Translations under genes and position numbers: made by a program
Notes under the pieces: generated by a model
The model's input: only the letters and a program-made list of their open reading frames with translations
The model's database searches: none
What the model was told of the DNA's origin: nothing
Shown here: positions 16,860-30,343 of the stretch, piece by piece
How the letters are laid out: the number at the start of each line of letters is the position of its first letter
Numbering within the stretch: position 1 is the first letter of the stretch
NCBI GenBank assembly: GCA_963693365.1
Contig: CAVNZM010000011.1
Span: 4,782,639-4,846,638 of the forward strand
Origin: Amoebidium appalachense
Taxonomy: Eukaryota > Protista > Ichthyosporea
DNA length: 64,000 bases
Reading direction: 5' to 3'

Positions 16860-16951
16860 TTTATATAGCTACGGGTCGATGAGTTAGTCAGAGTTACTCT
16901 AATATGATTGGTTTACATCGGGTAAATATTCTTGTAAAAGCCAATCGGAAC
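16860..16951 (-). promoter_or_regulatory. Putative TATA and CCAAT promoter of the amino acid transporter
   Basis: CTATATAAA on the minus strand ~120 bp upstream of the ATG. GATTGG (~16906) and CCAATC (~16941) boxes. TGACGTCA at ~17272. Confidence 0.5.
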
Positions 16952-17937
16952 ACAAGAAAGCTTTTCGATCAGCGAATAGGAAGAATCCTAAAGGACCTAA
17001 ACAGAACCCCAGGCCAAATCCCCGCAAACTTTGAATCCCGAAAGGTACCGAGCATGAACTTCGCTTTCCCACTGCTTTTTCAACCAATGCTAATATTAGG
17101 AGGAAGAGTCATGAATGGCATAAAAAGGTTTAAATTCAGCTGTACCTCTGTTTAGGGCCACCCTGAGGTCCGCCTTTGTGGGCAAGTAGCAAAAACACTC
17201 ATAACCATAAAACATCATCACACCCTGACTCGAAAGTTCTCCGCAACCCGCCGTCGCTGTCACCCCACAAGTGACGTCACAGCCTGCCACATTGCCACTC
17301 AAAAACCCTTTTTATACCTTCGCAACCCTCTTTCGGGCCTGCTAATTTGACTAAATTTCGTCATTTATTCTATGCTCGTTAGTCTGCCAACACATATGTC
17401 TTACCACCCGGTACCAATATCAGTAGGTGGTAATACCACAGCTCGCTCCGTTACAGAACCACCAGTGCCGAGCGTTGAACCTGCTTTGACCCGATTGAAA
17501 GTCAACGAGCCGATTCGCAATCGCTTGGTCGAACAGCTCCACATGCACACACCCCACACCACAGCACGCATGCCGCACGAGAACTAGAGAGAGAGAAAGC
17601 TCGTCAAAGAGCTGGAGAGAGAGAGAGAGAGAGAAGGAAGAGCTTGAATCTCTGCAGCTCACTCACTTGTAGCTCATGTTTCTTTTATAGCAATAGATAG
17701 ACGATTGTTTTAATTGGAGCTTGTCTTGTTCAACATTCTTCTCAAGGGCGCACGGAGGGTGTAGTGGCGGCCCCAGCAAGTGCACCCATCCGTCTTCTGG
17801 ACAGTTAACACAACGCTTTGTTTGCTGCTATAGTTTGGCACTAGGTATCACTCATATTATTCCTTGTTACTGAGCCAAAGCGGTAGAGTTGAGTCCTGTT
17901 TGCACAATTTTGGTAGCTGTGTGGTCAGATTGCCAAC

Positions 17938-18257
17938 ATGGCCAGTATATTGACGAGAACGGGCCTTGGGCTTCTTCGGCCTACTGCTGCTGCCGCTACT
18001 TCGCTCACACCAGCCGTGGCAACTCTAGTACAAACTCGCGTAGGTGACCCAAAACCATCTTTAAATTTTTTGTTGGAAAGCACTTCCCTCGGCACACACG
18101 AGATGTGCCCCCCCCACACACGTGTGCCCCTGCATACGTGCACCCACCACACAGAGGCTCTCACGCGCACACATACACAAACACATACATACACGCACAC
18201 AAACACGCACACACACACGGGAGCGTGCGGACACGAACACACACACACACACACATA

Positions 18258-18318
<61 letters not shown>

Positions 18319-19431
18319 AATAAGCACTCACAAGCACGCATACTTGCATTACGGACACACGCACACGCATCGGGCTCGCACACACATCCTGCAAACCTGC
18401 ATGCACACACATAGACACACGCACCAGGGACATACATGCACCTACCTATCCAAGCACACTGGCCTCACATGCATAGATACCTCTGGAATCTAATTCGAAA
18501 TAGTGTACAAGCGTTTGCGGCTACTTTTACAGTTGGTGTTTGAACAAAAAAACGTTTTTATTGCTCTACACCTCACTTCGTTCCTGTTTCCTGTGCCTTC
18601 TTCCCAGCCCCTAGGACCACCTTTTTGTACACTGTTGCTCCCCTCCCCTCCCCTCACCTCCCCGTTCTCTTTCTCCCTATCGCTCTCTTTCTACCCGCCT
18701 CTCTACCTTTCTACCTGCTCCCTCCCTTTCCTCGTCCCTCGTTCCCTCCTCCTACTCTGCCCCATCTCTTTTCCTCGCTCCCTCTTTCTCCCCCTCACTC
18801 CTTCCCTCCCTCCCTTCCTCCCTCCGTCTTCCCCCTTCCCACCCTCCGCACCCCCGGTTTTCTTCCCCCGGATGACGTGGCCCTGAGGATGGGCACTGAT
18901 AATCATGCATACTCTTTTTATGTGTTTTTTGCACTCTCCACTGTGTTGTCCGTTGTGAATGTGTGTACTTTGTACTCTATGCCCCTTCCCCTCCCCCCCC
19001 CCCTTTTCCCCTCACGGGCTTCCCCCCTGCCTCTCCCCCTTCCCCCTTACTTCCCTTCTGCCCCGCCCCACCTCTCACTCCCCTCCTTCCTTCGTCCCCT
19101 AACCCGCCTTCTTCCTTCCTCCCTTCCGTCCCTCCTTCCCTCCGCCTTCCCTCCCACCATCATCCCTTCTCACTTTGCCTCCGTCCCTCCCTCCCTTCCT
19201 GCCCCCCTCCCTTCTATCCTGCTCTTCGCACCTATTTCCTCCCCCCTCCTCTCCCCGGGGCTCTGGTCAAGTGTCTTCTGCCTGCACGCCTTTTGTCTGT
19301 TCCTTATTTTATATTTTTATTTCGGGGTTCTCGTTTTTTTGACGTTAAGTATTTGTCGTTTGGTGTCCCCTCCATATTTCGAACCCCCTAATGCATCTGT
19401 CGCATTCCCACCTCCCCTTACCCTCCCTCTA

Positions 19432-19462
<31 letters not shown>

Positions 19463-19983
19463 ATTCCCTCCACTTCCACAGATTTCTCCTTCCCAACCCC
19501 CCGACTCGCCTATTGCTGTTGAAACAAAGTATGGGTTGGGAACCACGCGCGAGAGGTTAAAGAGTCGAAACCCATGCTTTTGTGGAGGCATAGGAACCCC
19601 CTGATGATGGGCTCTGTTCAAGTGTCTTCTGCCTGCACGCTTAAATTGTTTGATTTTGGATTTCCCACCTTTGTGACGCTTTGTTTGTTGCTCTTTGTTG
19701 TCTCCTCCATATTTCCAACCCTCTAACGCATACATCACCCCCCTACCCCCACCACCCCTACCCCCGAGGATGGACTCTGCTTATTATGCACACTCTTTAT
19801 GTGTAGTTTGCACTCTGCATTGTGTTGTCCGTTATGAACCTGTACTTCTTACTCTAGAACACATTCTAAAAACCCCTCGACACCCACCCACCCACTCACC
19901 CACTCACCCTCCCTCGCTTCCTCAATCTCTCTCGACCTCCCTTTTGCCGTCTCTTTTTTTTCCCTCTCTTCTATTTCCCCCTA

Positions 19984-20042
<59 letters not shown>

Positions 20043-20349
20043 TTCCTCCTGCGCCATTCATCCACCCATCAGATCGAAATTTCTCATAAACGCACTTACG
20101 CAATATCCACACACTCGCACAGTTGTGCACATGCTCTCACAGTTAAACACACGCCTGTTCGTGCATGTGCTCGCACACACACGCGAGCACACACACACAC
20201 ACTCACTCTCTCTCTCTCATCTCTTTGTCTCCAGCACAATCACACACAGACGTGTGCACGCACTAACATAATCGAGCGTGGATACTGCACACGCATACAC
20301 AGCCATACACACATGGTCATGGACGCACCCACACAAAAACACCCCTCAT

Positions 20350-20402
<53 letters not shown>

Positions 20403-20664
20403 GTACATACACTACACACGATCTTGGCTAGAGAAGGCTAAAATTGATCCAACTTGACCTCACCTTTTATCTACCTATTATTAAACTCTTCTCCTGCCCC
20501 TTTTCATGACTAATGTAGAAATAACCTTTTTCTTTCCCTTTCTTTTTTCAGTTTGCCGGTACCAAGGCTGGCACCAAGCCAAACAGAGAAAAGGAGACCC
20601 TTTTCATTCGTCTAAACAAGGATGTGCCCGGTAAGTAATTGTCGGCCACGTACCCTTTTGGTCC

Positions 20665-20721
<57 letters not shown>

Positions 20722-21451
20722 ACAAACACACACACGTGAAGGATGAGCTCTGCTAATGCTGCAACCTCTTATGTATGCTTTGCGGTTCACCTTGTTGTTC
20801 GTAAATGCGTGCCTCTTGCTCTTTAACACATTCTTGTGTGTCCCCCCCCCCCCCCCCCTCCTGTCCTTACTGTCTCTTTATACTTAAATCAACCACCGCA
20901 TCTCCCATTTTAGACAGAATCGAGGTTGATCCGATCGAGGATTCCAAATTGCCCTTGTGCCGCCTAAGAAATCATCGAACTTATCAAGCGATCGAGGGAG
21001 TGACGTCATTCTGGGAAAAGTGTGCCCAGAATGACGTCACTCCCTTGATCGCTTGATAAGTTCGATGATTTCTTAGGCGGCACAAGGGCAATTTGGAATC
21101 CTCGATCGGATCAACCTCGATTCTGTCTAAAATGGGAGATGCGGTGGTTGGTTTAACACCCCAACTTCCATTACTGTTTCCCACAACCACCCTTTTCTCT
21201 CTGGTCCGTATGTACCACCTGGTAATCTTGTTAACGCACTACCATTAGACACACACACACATGCACACACCCACCCACACACCCTCCCCCTCTTTGACTG
21301 TATGAGTGTGCACTGAGCATGTTTATGAGCAGCGTACGGGTGGGAGGGGCGCATTATGAAGGTCAAGCCTGGCAACTTCCGCACACACCTGCAGCCCAAG
21401 AACTATGCAAGATATGCCACCGAGGAGGAGATTGAGCGTGCAAAGGTGCCC

Positions 21452-21486
<35 letters not shown>

Positions 21487-22206
21487 TTCCTTGCTGGTAC
21501 TGTGGATGTCCTGGGTCCCCTCCGAGGATGGGCTCTGCTTGTTATCCGTTTCTCTATGTGTGGTTTGCACTCTGCATTGTGTTGTCCGTTGTGAATATGT
21601 ACTTCGTACTCGATGGCGCTTCCAACCTCCCCCCCCCCCCCCCCCCCCCCCTCCCCCCTCACCCGGCCCTCACCCACCCACCCATCCGCTTAGACAGACA
21701 GACAGACACACACACACACAGACAGACACTTACCCAGCCACGCTGTAGAACCCCCTTTTTTCCGAATCACGGGTGGATGTACGCAATGCTGTGCGTGACT
21801 CCAACTTTCTAAGGACCGTGTGCTTCTGCTTTTTGTCTGATACGGGCAAAGCACAGTTCCTGCTTGATGCGACTCAGTGGGATCTATTGTCTATTGTTGC
21901 TCCCTCCCTCCCCCTCCCTCCTCCCCCCCCCCCCCCCCCCTCCCCCCAGCGCCGCACATGGAGACTGCACGTGGGCCGGTGCGGATGCACCGCAAGCACT
22001 GTTCACACACTCACACACACACACGCACACGTGCACACGCGCACACACATGTACAACACACACACACACACACATACCGGGGGCATGTGTTGTGTGCGGT
22101 TAATAGTAGGTAGGTGTGCAGTAAGTGTAATATTCCGAAGGGAGTGTGTTCTGTATTTTTTTGCTCTCCCTCAAAGACATGCCTACAACTTAGAGTGATT
22201 TCTGAT

Positions 22207-22241
<35 letters not shown>

Positions 22242-22736
22242 CACACACACACACCTAAATCTCCCACAGGTGGAGATCCAAGCCAAGCCGCCACCACCTG
22301 AGGAGGTTTTGTACCAGAAGAGGGTTCGACGGCTGCGAAAGAAAATTGTAAGTGACTGGGCTTATTTTTTTCCCTTCCTCTTTCTTTCTTTTTTTTGGGG
22401 GGGGGGGGGGGGGGGGGGGGGGAGGGGGGGGGTTGTGTGTGTGGGGTGTGTGTGTGTGTGTGTACGTGTGCGTGTGCGTGTGCGTGTACGTGTGCGTGTG
22501 CTTTTTTATTGGGGGGGGGGGGGGGGGGGGGGGATGTGTTATTGAGTACGAAGTACGCTTCTATGACGGTGAACACAATGCAGAGTCACATCAGGGGGGG
22601 GGAAGGGGGGGAGGATGATGGTTGAAGCGGGAGTGAATCAGAAACAAAAGGCTTCCTCTAAGGCCTTCGAGTCCTGTTGTAGGCTCATGTGTTTCGCTCC
22701 CCACCTTTTTTCTATCCTTACCGAACACGTCATGAC

Positions 22737-22781
<45 letters not shown>

Positions 22782-22843
22782 AAAAAAAAAAAAAAAAAAC
22801 CACACACCAGAGAGAGACCACCACTTCCGCCACCACCACCACC

Positions 22844-22908
<65 letters not shown>

Positions 22909-22914
22909 CACACA

Positions 22915-22947
<33 letters not shown>

Positions 22948-23127
22948 ACACGCACACACGCACACACGCACACACGCACACACGCACACAGAACAACAAG
23001 CGGCTAGTGTTCAACCACATGGAGGGCCAGGCCTTCACCATCACCCACGAGACTCTGGTCAACGCCTTCAGGGAACAGCTTGCCCTCGAAGTAAACCCAG
23101 GCATGTCTACAACTCTACCTCCTCCCC

Positions 23128-23170
<43 letters not shown>

Positions 23171-23540
23171 ACCCCCTCCACCCAGGCACCCGCCCGCCTG
23201 CTGCCCCGCCTTTCCAAACGATCCATTCCCTTACGACACACATTCTTTGTGTGTGCTTTGTGAGATTTGTGTTGTGTTGTCCATCATGAATGTGGCCCCC
23301 CTCCCCCTCCCCCTCCCTCCCTCCCCCCATTCGGGGCTTCTCTTCACATGCCCCAGACTACACTCATCCCTTTTCCTCATCAAAAGTGAAACATTTTGAC
23401 CCACACACACCTTTTTAAATCATCTAACGTCTCTTGCCCTATCTTCTCTTTTGGTATAGTAAGCAGGCGGGGCCTGGTGTTGCTGTTGGTTGTTGGTTTG
23501 TGTGTGTGTGTGCGTGTGTGTGGTGGTGTTGGTGGTGGAA

Positions 23541-23574
<34 letters not shown>

Positions 23575-23666
23575 AAGAGGGGGGAGGGGAGGGCAACTTA
23601 GACACATGCTTCATATAATTTAAAAGCACGGTTGGTTTACCACATTGTCCAATTGTCTCTTGTGCT

Positions 23667-23719
<53 letters not shown>

Positions 23720-23854
23720 GTGGCAACCCAACGGTGATGTACTTTTTTGAGCAGGTTATGTGCACACATTTTTCCTTGTTGTTGCATATATGCAAAGACC
23801 CTTTTCGCCGCCCCGCCCCCGCCCCCCTTTCTCCCTGTTTATGTGGGGTGTAAT

Positions 23855-23917
<63 letters not shown>

Positions 23918-24265
23918 TTGTCACCCACTCTAGCTGTCCCTTTCTCCACCGTGGTGGCTGCAGGGTTGGAGAAAAGAAGGGGGGGGGGGGGGGGGGGGGG
24001 GGGTTCATCAGAGGAAATTCCAGAAAATTTTTACTGACTGTAGCTCCGTACAGGGGCAATGACTTTGCCGGAGCCCATCACCACCCACGGGGAGCATTTT
24101 GTGCCCTTCCAGGTGGACGAACAGACACAGGCACAGTTCCGTGTGGTCGTGCACAACAGGCCGGAGGAGGTGAAGGAACGTAGAAAACCCGGCTACAAGT
24201 GGCAAAAGAAAACGAGCGCGTCAGACATGTTGGAGGGTGAGGGGGGTGATGCTCTGAAGAACTGA
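17938..24265 (+). CDS. MRPL9: Mitochondrial ribosomal protein L9 (bL9m); exons 17938-18039, 20552-20630, 21333-21445, 22270-22347, 22992-23100, 24054-24265
   Basis: Arg/Ala/Thr-rich targeting peptide. Spliced L9 N-terminal motif [38 protein letters not shown] and C-terminal [16 protein letters not shown]. All exon phases are compatible. Confidence 0.88.
18885..18981 (+). repeat. Dispersed intronic repeat family A copy
   Basis: Matches the consensus GAGGATGGGCTCTGC...TGCACTCTGCATTGTGTTGTCCGT..GAA..TGTACTTCGTACTC seen at 19766, 21524, 26864 and others. Confidence 0.75.
19503..19740 (+). repeat. Dispersed repeat family B copy (~230 bp)
   Basis: Highly similar to the reverse complement of 46272-46495. 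Contains CTGATGATGGGCTCTG. Confidence 0.85.
19766..19870 (+). repeat. Dispersed intronic repeat family A copy
   Basis: Same consensus, flanked by C-tracts. Confidence 0.8.
20884..21156. mobile_element. Foldback/MITE-like palindromic element flanked by TTAA
   Basis: Arms 20888-21015 and 21025-21152 (128 bp, 2 mismatches), 9-nt loop, TTAA on both sides. Confidence 0.75.
21524..21627 (+). repeat. Dispersed intronic repeat family A copy
   Basis: Same consensus, followed by poly-C, ~80 bp after a donor site. Confidence 0.8.
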
Positions 24266-25071
24266 GTTGCGTGCGTGCTGGTGATGGTGGAGGATGATGG
24301 TGCGTAGGCGTGGAGGTGAGGAGGGAGCATGGCAAGGGGGGTTGTTTTTCATGTATTTTGGAATGGATTGGATTACTCGATAAGTGTTATTTGTGTATGT
24401 TTGTGTGGGGAGGCAACGTCATAGCCTCTAAAAGTGTACGGTGGTACTGATGGATGCACATCAACTGGATTGCATGTGCTTTCTCTCCTGGGCCAGCTGC
24501 ATAGTTATTGACTCTTTTTTTTTTTTTTTGGGAGGTTTGAACTCTCTCAAACTGACGAAATTGTCGGTTTCATCCGGTATACATGTTATTGATAGTAAAA
24601 CAGAACACCAAGTCCATTTTGCATGACAATTTCCGAGGGAGCTGGATGTTCACAGCCTGTGAAGTGCTGATTATTGCCTAGGGAAGTGCTCATCTTTGCG
24701 TGGACGGTTTGCATGTAGTAAATGGATGCAAGCATCCTGTACTTGTGCTGCTAGGCATTACAGATCCCGTAAATACGTTTAGTCAGCTGTACTGTTTTGG
24801 TAAGTACGGCCCCAATGTGGCATGCTACTTGCTGATCAGTCATGAGAGAGTTCACTACTTGCTGATCAGTCAAGAGAGATTTCACAATTGCAAGTGGCTG
24901 GGACGGTGAAGCTTGCTACATAATCGATCTGGATCCACGTGACCCACGGCCAAGTTCGTAGCTGTGTTCTGTGGCACATGCTGTGACTATCTGTTTACAT
25001 ATCCATATAGTGCACATGTCAAGTGGAGGAAGGGGGGGGCGAGAGGGGCTGGGGCTATTTGTGGAGAAATA

Positions 25072-25106
<35 letters not shown>

Positions 25107-25545
25107 CCGGGGGGGAGTAACTGTACGTTCGAAAAAATTCGAACTTCGAAGCCTTCGCTGCCATACTGCTAGAGCGTTGCCGCGGCAAACTGTAAAATTT
25201 TGATCTGGCTTCAAGAAATAGTTCAAGCTAAAACAAACGGCTGATTTTAGCGTCAGAGGAATTTAGCAACAATAGTGATTAGATGATAGCTTGTAGTTGT
25301 TTCATGGTATATTATGATTAGTTAGTTAGATCTATTAAAAGTTCCTAATTCAGTGTGCGGAGCGAAATGTCCAAAAATGGCAATTTTTTGTGGATCGCAT
25401 CTTGAGGTTGCTCAAAGGCTTTAGCTGGCCGCAGAGAGAGAAAACGAAAAAAAACGAGAACTTGCAAGGTGAGCCGATTACTAGAAAGAGTTGGAGACAA
25501 TCTAGGTCTTGCTTTGTAACAGTTACTATCTCGTAGTTATTTAGA

Positions 25546-25675
25546 ATGTCTTTGGAGCAGTCTCAAGGTATTCAGGCGCTCCTGGCTGCTGAGAAGGCAG
25601 CTGGAGAGACCATCGCTAAGGCACGTAAGAGTAAGTACACCCTCTACTCTGGGGATTCTACTCTTGCTGCTTCAT

Positions 25676-25736
<61 letters not shown>

Positions 25737-27971
25737 TGAGGTTTTATTTAACGCGGTGAATGTCTATACGATATTCTCACATTGACGCTAGCTGGGTTTC
25801 TTCGGAATCGGTAGAGGTTATGTGTGCAGGCTGGAAGGCCGGACTTGAAAACTTGGTATACTCGGACTCAAGAGCAACCCCACCCACCATTGTTGTTGCC
25901 TTGTGGAAACTACTCATATCGACTTGACATGTATGCTGTTCTTCTAGTGTCTTGGGTGCATGTTACAGTTTTACATCTGCAACATTCCTCCAGCCTTTGC
26001 ACATCTTGGCCCAAGTCCCATACAACTATTTTGCAGGTGGCATTCGGTTATGGGCAGTTAGTTAGTAACGGTTTTTTTTTTTTGTTTTTGTTTTTTTTTT
26101 TGTGGAAGTGGGGGTGAGGGGGTGCGGGGGGGGGGGGGGGGGGGGGGGGGGGGAGGGGGGTAGGGATGATAAGAAGCAGGGGAGGATACAAAGCTCGCTT
26201 GTGCATTTTTATTACCTTGCGGTACATTGGGACGTCGCACCAGACACCGAACACTTCTGGATGATCGAAAAGCGGTTTGGAGAAGGAGCATCAAGTACTC
26301 ATTAAAACCTGATAGAGAATGCAAAAAAGCACCATATTCATAGGCCTTGGCCATTTATGAACCCTTAAGGCCGACATTACGGAAGCTATTCTGACCTGTA
26401 GGCGAAAAATGAACATGGCCTTGAGGGAGAAGGATTAGGCTGTCTTTATCTGGCACAATAAAATTAAGCACTGACCAGCAGAAAGTGCTTCTGATGTGAT
26501 CCCACTTCTGTATAGAGTTGCGGCGATTACACATCAGTGACGGAGAAGCAGTAACATATGACCGACAGCAGAGGTGCCGCTAGGATCATAGCCTGTCCTT
26601 CAGTTATTGTTTTCCATACAGGCGCACTTTGTTTTTCATACGGGCGCACATGGATGCTGGGAAAACAACATTTTTTCGGACACTTACGTTTGTGGCGGGT
26701 TTTTGCAGAGAAGCAGCAGCGGCTGAAGCAGGCACAGGAGGAGGCCGAGGCCGAGGTTGCCAGATATAAGCAGGAGAGGGAGGCCCAGTTCCAGGCCTAC
26801 CTGTCCACGGTGCGTGTTTCAGAAACCCCCTCTCTCCCCACAATGATTTGAACCCCCCTCTCTGAGGATGGGCTCTGCCTATGTTGCGTACTCTTATGTG
26901 TGGTTTGCATTCTGTGTTGTGTTCTCCGATATGAGTGTGTCCTTCGTACTCATTACACTTTCTAAGCTCCCCCCCCCCCCCCCCCTCCTCCCCTCCCTCC
27001 CCCCGCCGCCTTCCCCTTCCCTTTGCCTCTAGTTGTCGTCATCACGACCACTACCATTCTGATATCTCGCCTTCAACCTCACGATCCAGCCTGGTCTGTA
27101 GATATATGGGTGCATGTAGACCTTGTGTGCCTGCCGTGGTGGTGAGTGCCTGTGTGGTTTTTTTTTTCTTGTTGAAACCCAGGGAGTTACGTTAATGCTG
27201 ATCCTGTTAGTGCTGTGAGTGTTCAGGTGACCCTGGTACTTCCTTTCAGTGTCTGGCCGGGCGTTGTGCTTGCCCTCCCCTCCCCCCACTCCCTCGCCCC
27301 CCTCCTCCCCTCCCCCGCCCCTACTCTTTATGTGTGGTTTGCTGCATTGTGTTGTCCGTAGTGAATGTGCACTTCGTATTCTATGGCACATTCAAACCCC
27401 CCCCCCCCCCCCTCCCCCTCTCCCGCTCTCTCTCCCTTCCTCCACAAACACATGTGCGCAAGCGCTCACACATCACAAATGCACATACATACACACACAC
27501 ACACTCATTCACTCACTGTCACTCGCTCACTCCGCACTCACTAACACACGCACACATATTGCATAACCTATGTGCACCCTTCTTGTATGCTTGAATTTGC
27601 ATGTTTGTACTTCAGTCTACAGTCTTCTTTCCCCTGCTCTCCCCCGGATGGGCTGACGCATGACGCATGACGCATACTGTGTGCATTGCTGATGTTGCAT
27701 ACTTGAATGTTTGCCTTTGCATTTGTCCTGCACCATGCATCTCATCGTATGTGTACTTCGTACCGTGTTCCGCATTCAACCCCCCTCCTCCCCCCCCCCC
27801 CCCCCCTCCCCCCCCCCCCCAAAAACACACACGCACACGAACCCTTTTTTCCCGATTACAATAAGTGTTCGTTGCCTGTCTTACAGCAGTGCATCAACTG
27901 TGGAATTGTGGGTTTTCTGATACTTGCGTTCTGTGTTTGACACCATCCGTCACATACATCCCCCTCCCCCT

Positions 27972-28007
<36 letters not shown>

Positions 28008-28118
28008 ACCCATTTTTTTATGGTTGTACCATATCATGTATCCTCAGCTACTTTCTCCCTTGTGTTCTTCATCGATTCACTCGATGTCCAAGTTCATCCC
28101 CCCCCCCCTCCACACACA

Positions 28119-28150
<32 letters not shown>

Positions 28151-28309
28151 CACACACACACACAGACGTACGGGGGGAGGGGGGGGGGGGGGGATGGGCT
28201 CTACTTATGATGAACACTCTTGGTGTGTGTCTTGTAACATCTGCATTGTCTTTTCCGTCATGAACGTGTACTTCGTAGCCTACATTGCATCCCCCCTCCC
28301 CCCCCCCCC

Positions 28310-28340
<31 letters not shown>

Positions 28341-28718
28341 ACACACGCAAATAATTATAGAGTCGAAGCCTTTTTTTTTTTTTTTGTGGAGGCATGGACA
28401 CCTTCTGCCTTCTTCTTCTTCTCCTCCTCCTCCTTCTTCTTCCTCTTCTTCCTCTTCGTCTTCTTCTTCTTCTTCTTCTTTTTTTTTTTTTTTTAAGGTT
28501 TGGATTTTCGTTTCTTTACGATTTTTGAGTGCTGTCTACTACTATTTCTACCTCCATGATTCCATCCCTGTAATGCATACATCCCCCCCCCCCCCCCCCC
28601 CCCCCTCCCCCCCCCCCTCCCCGCGGCCATGGGTATGCATAGTTCTTCTGCCGTGATCGCTTGCTGTGTGAACAAAAGTTTCGTCATTATTAGACATGGA
28701 CATATATGTGCAGGCGCG

Positions 28719-28749
<31 letters not shown>

Positions 28750-29630
28750 TTTCGGAGGTTCACAGATGATGCATGCGCAGACACATGCACATATTCAAGA
28801 GCAGCAACACACACACGCACACACACGCACAGACACACCACACAGGCATGCAAGCGCGCACTTGTGCACGAATACACCACACACTCGCTCACTCGCTCAC
28901 CCACTCACTCACTCACTCTCACACATGCACATGCACATGCACACACACCACATGCACACACACACGTACACATACACTACACACACACACACACACCTTT
29001 GAGCACTTACCCGTGCACCACCATTATCCTTTAACCCGAAAGCATATAACACACCTTCCATATATAGCAAGCATCCAATATACCTTCCATTTATAGCAAC
29101 CATCTGACACACCTTCCACATATAGCATGCAGCAAGCATCCGGATCACCTTCCATACATAGCAAGCAGCAAGCACCCGGCTCACCTTCCATATATAGCAA
29201 GTATCTGACACACCTTCCATATATATCAAGTATCTGACATACCTTCCATATATATCAAGTATCTGACACACCTTTCATATATGTCAAGTATCTGACACAC
29301 CTTCCATATATATCAAGTATCTGACACACCTTCCATATTTAGCAAGAATCTGATTCACCTTCCATATATAGCAAGCAGCAAGCATTTGACACACCTTCCA
29401 TAATATAGCAAGCATCTGACACACCTTACATATATAGCAACCATCTGACACACCTTCATATACAGCAAGCAGGGGCAGAGGAGGCATCAGCCAAGCTGGG
29501 CACCCAAACGGCTGCAGACCTCAAGCTCATTGAATCCCAGGTGGCTGCAAACAAGGAGGCAGTTATTGAAGCCCTGCTCGAGGCTGTCGTCGATGTTAAA
29601 CCCCGCCTGCATGCAAATTTCGGCCTGTAA
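25546..29630 (+). CDS. ATP6V1G: V-type H+-ATPase subunit G; exons 25546-25630, 26709-26809, 29466-29630
   Basis: SQGIQALLAAEK.A...IAKARK|KKQQRLKQAQEEAEAEVARYKQERE.QF...NKEAVIEALL..V.DVKPRLHANF. GT-AG introns with matching phases. Confidence 0.95.
26864..26965 (+). repeat. Dispersed intronic repeat family A copy
   Basis: Same consensus, ~55 bp after the V-ATPase G exon 2 donor. Confidence 0.8.
27646..27781 (+). repeat. Family A long variant (A2)
   Basis: Shares ends with family A. Interior is closely similar to 31267-31402. Confidence 0.75.
29040..29472 (+). repeat. ~30-34-bp minisatellite, about 13 copies, ending at the exon 3 acceptor
   Basis: Unit approximately CATCTGACACACCTTCCATATATAGCAAG. 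Confidence 0.9.
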
Positions 29631-29998
29631 AACCCCCCTAGTGAAAAGATTGTCACGTGGATGTGTGTGGGTGTGCTAAGTAGTTCGCTCACGAAACTAT
29701 CAGTTCCATGTGTGGGTTTGAATGGTTTGAAATGAGATGATACATGTGGTTTCGTGATATACTTTTTCCTTTTTTTTTTTTTTTTTTTTTTACATTTGGA
29801 CGAATTTGATCTTTAATCTTAACGGGTGGGCGTGTTTTTATTGGGTGAGTTCTGGTAGAACATGAGGAGTGTATGTCTGGTGTGTTCATGAGTGTTGCAG
29901 TATATCCACACGTGAAGGGTGGGCTGTGCCTTTTCCCTTGCTGCTGGATATATAAACAAGCCCGATCGATCCGTTCCGTGCTTGGTGCCAGCGGCACC

Positions 29999-30032
<34 letters not shown>

Positions 30033-30071
30033 ACCACCACCACCACCACCACCACCACCACACAACACAAA

Positions 30072-30106
<35 letters not shown>

Positions 30107-30312
30107 AACCCATACACACACCCTCACCCGCCCCACCCATGTTCAGGGGAAGCAGTATTTGGTTGGATCTCGTCGACGGGGTGAAAGGGTCCCAACTCGG
30201 GCATGGTGGCTGCCCCCTCCCTGTGGATGGGCTCTGCGTGCTCTTCGTATGGTTTGCACTCTTGTGTTGTGTTATTCGTTATGAATATGTACTCGGCACT
30301 AAAACACATTCC

Positions 30313-30343
<31 letters not shown>

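Noticed and set aside
20805-21190. Near-identical peptides on both strands
   Set aside because: This follows from the DNA palindrome and is not evidence of coding.
24825-24886. 30-bp direct repeat CTACTTGCTGATCAGTCA.GAGAGA
   Set aside because: A simple local duplication with no further structure.
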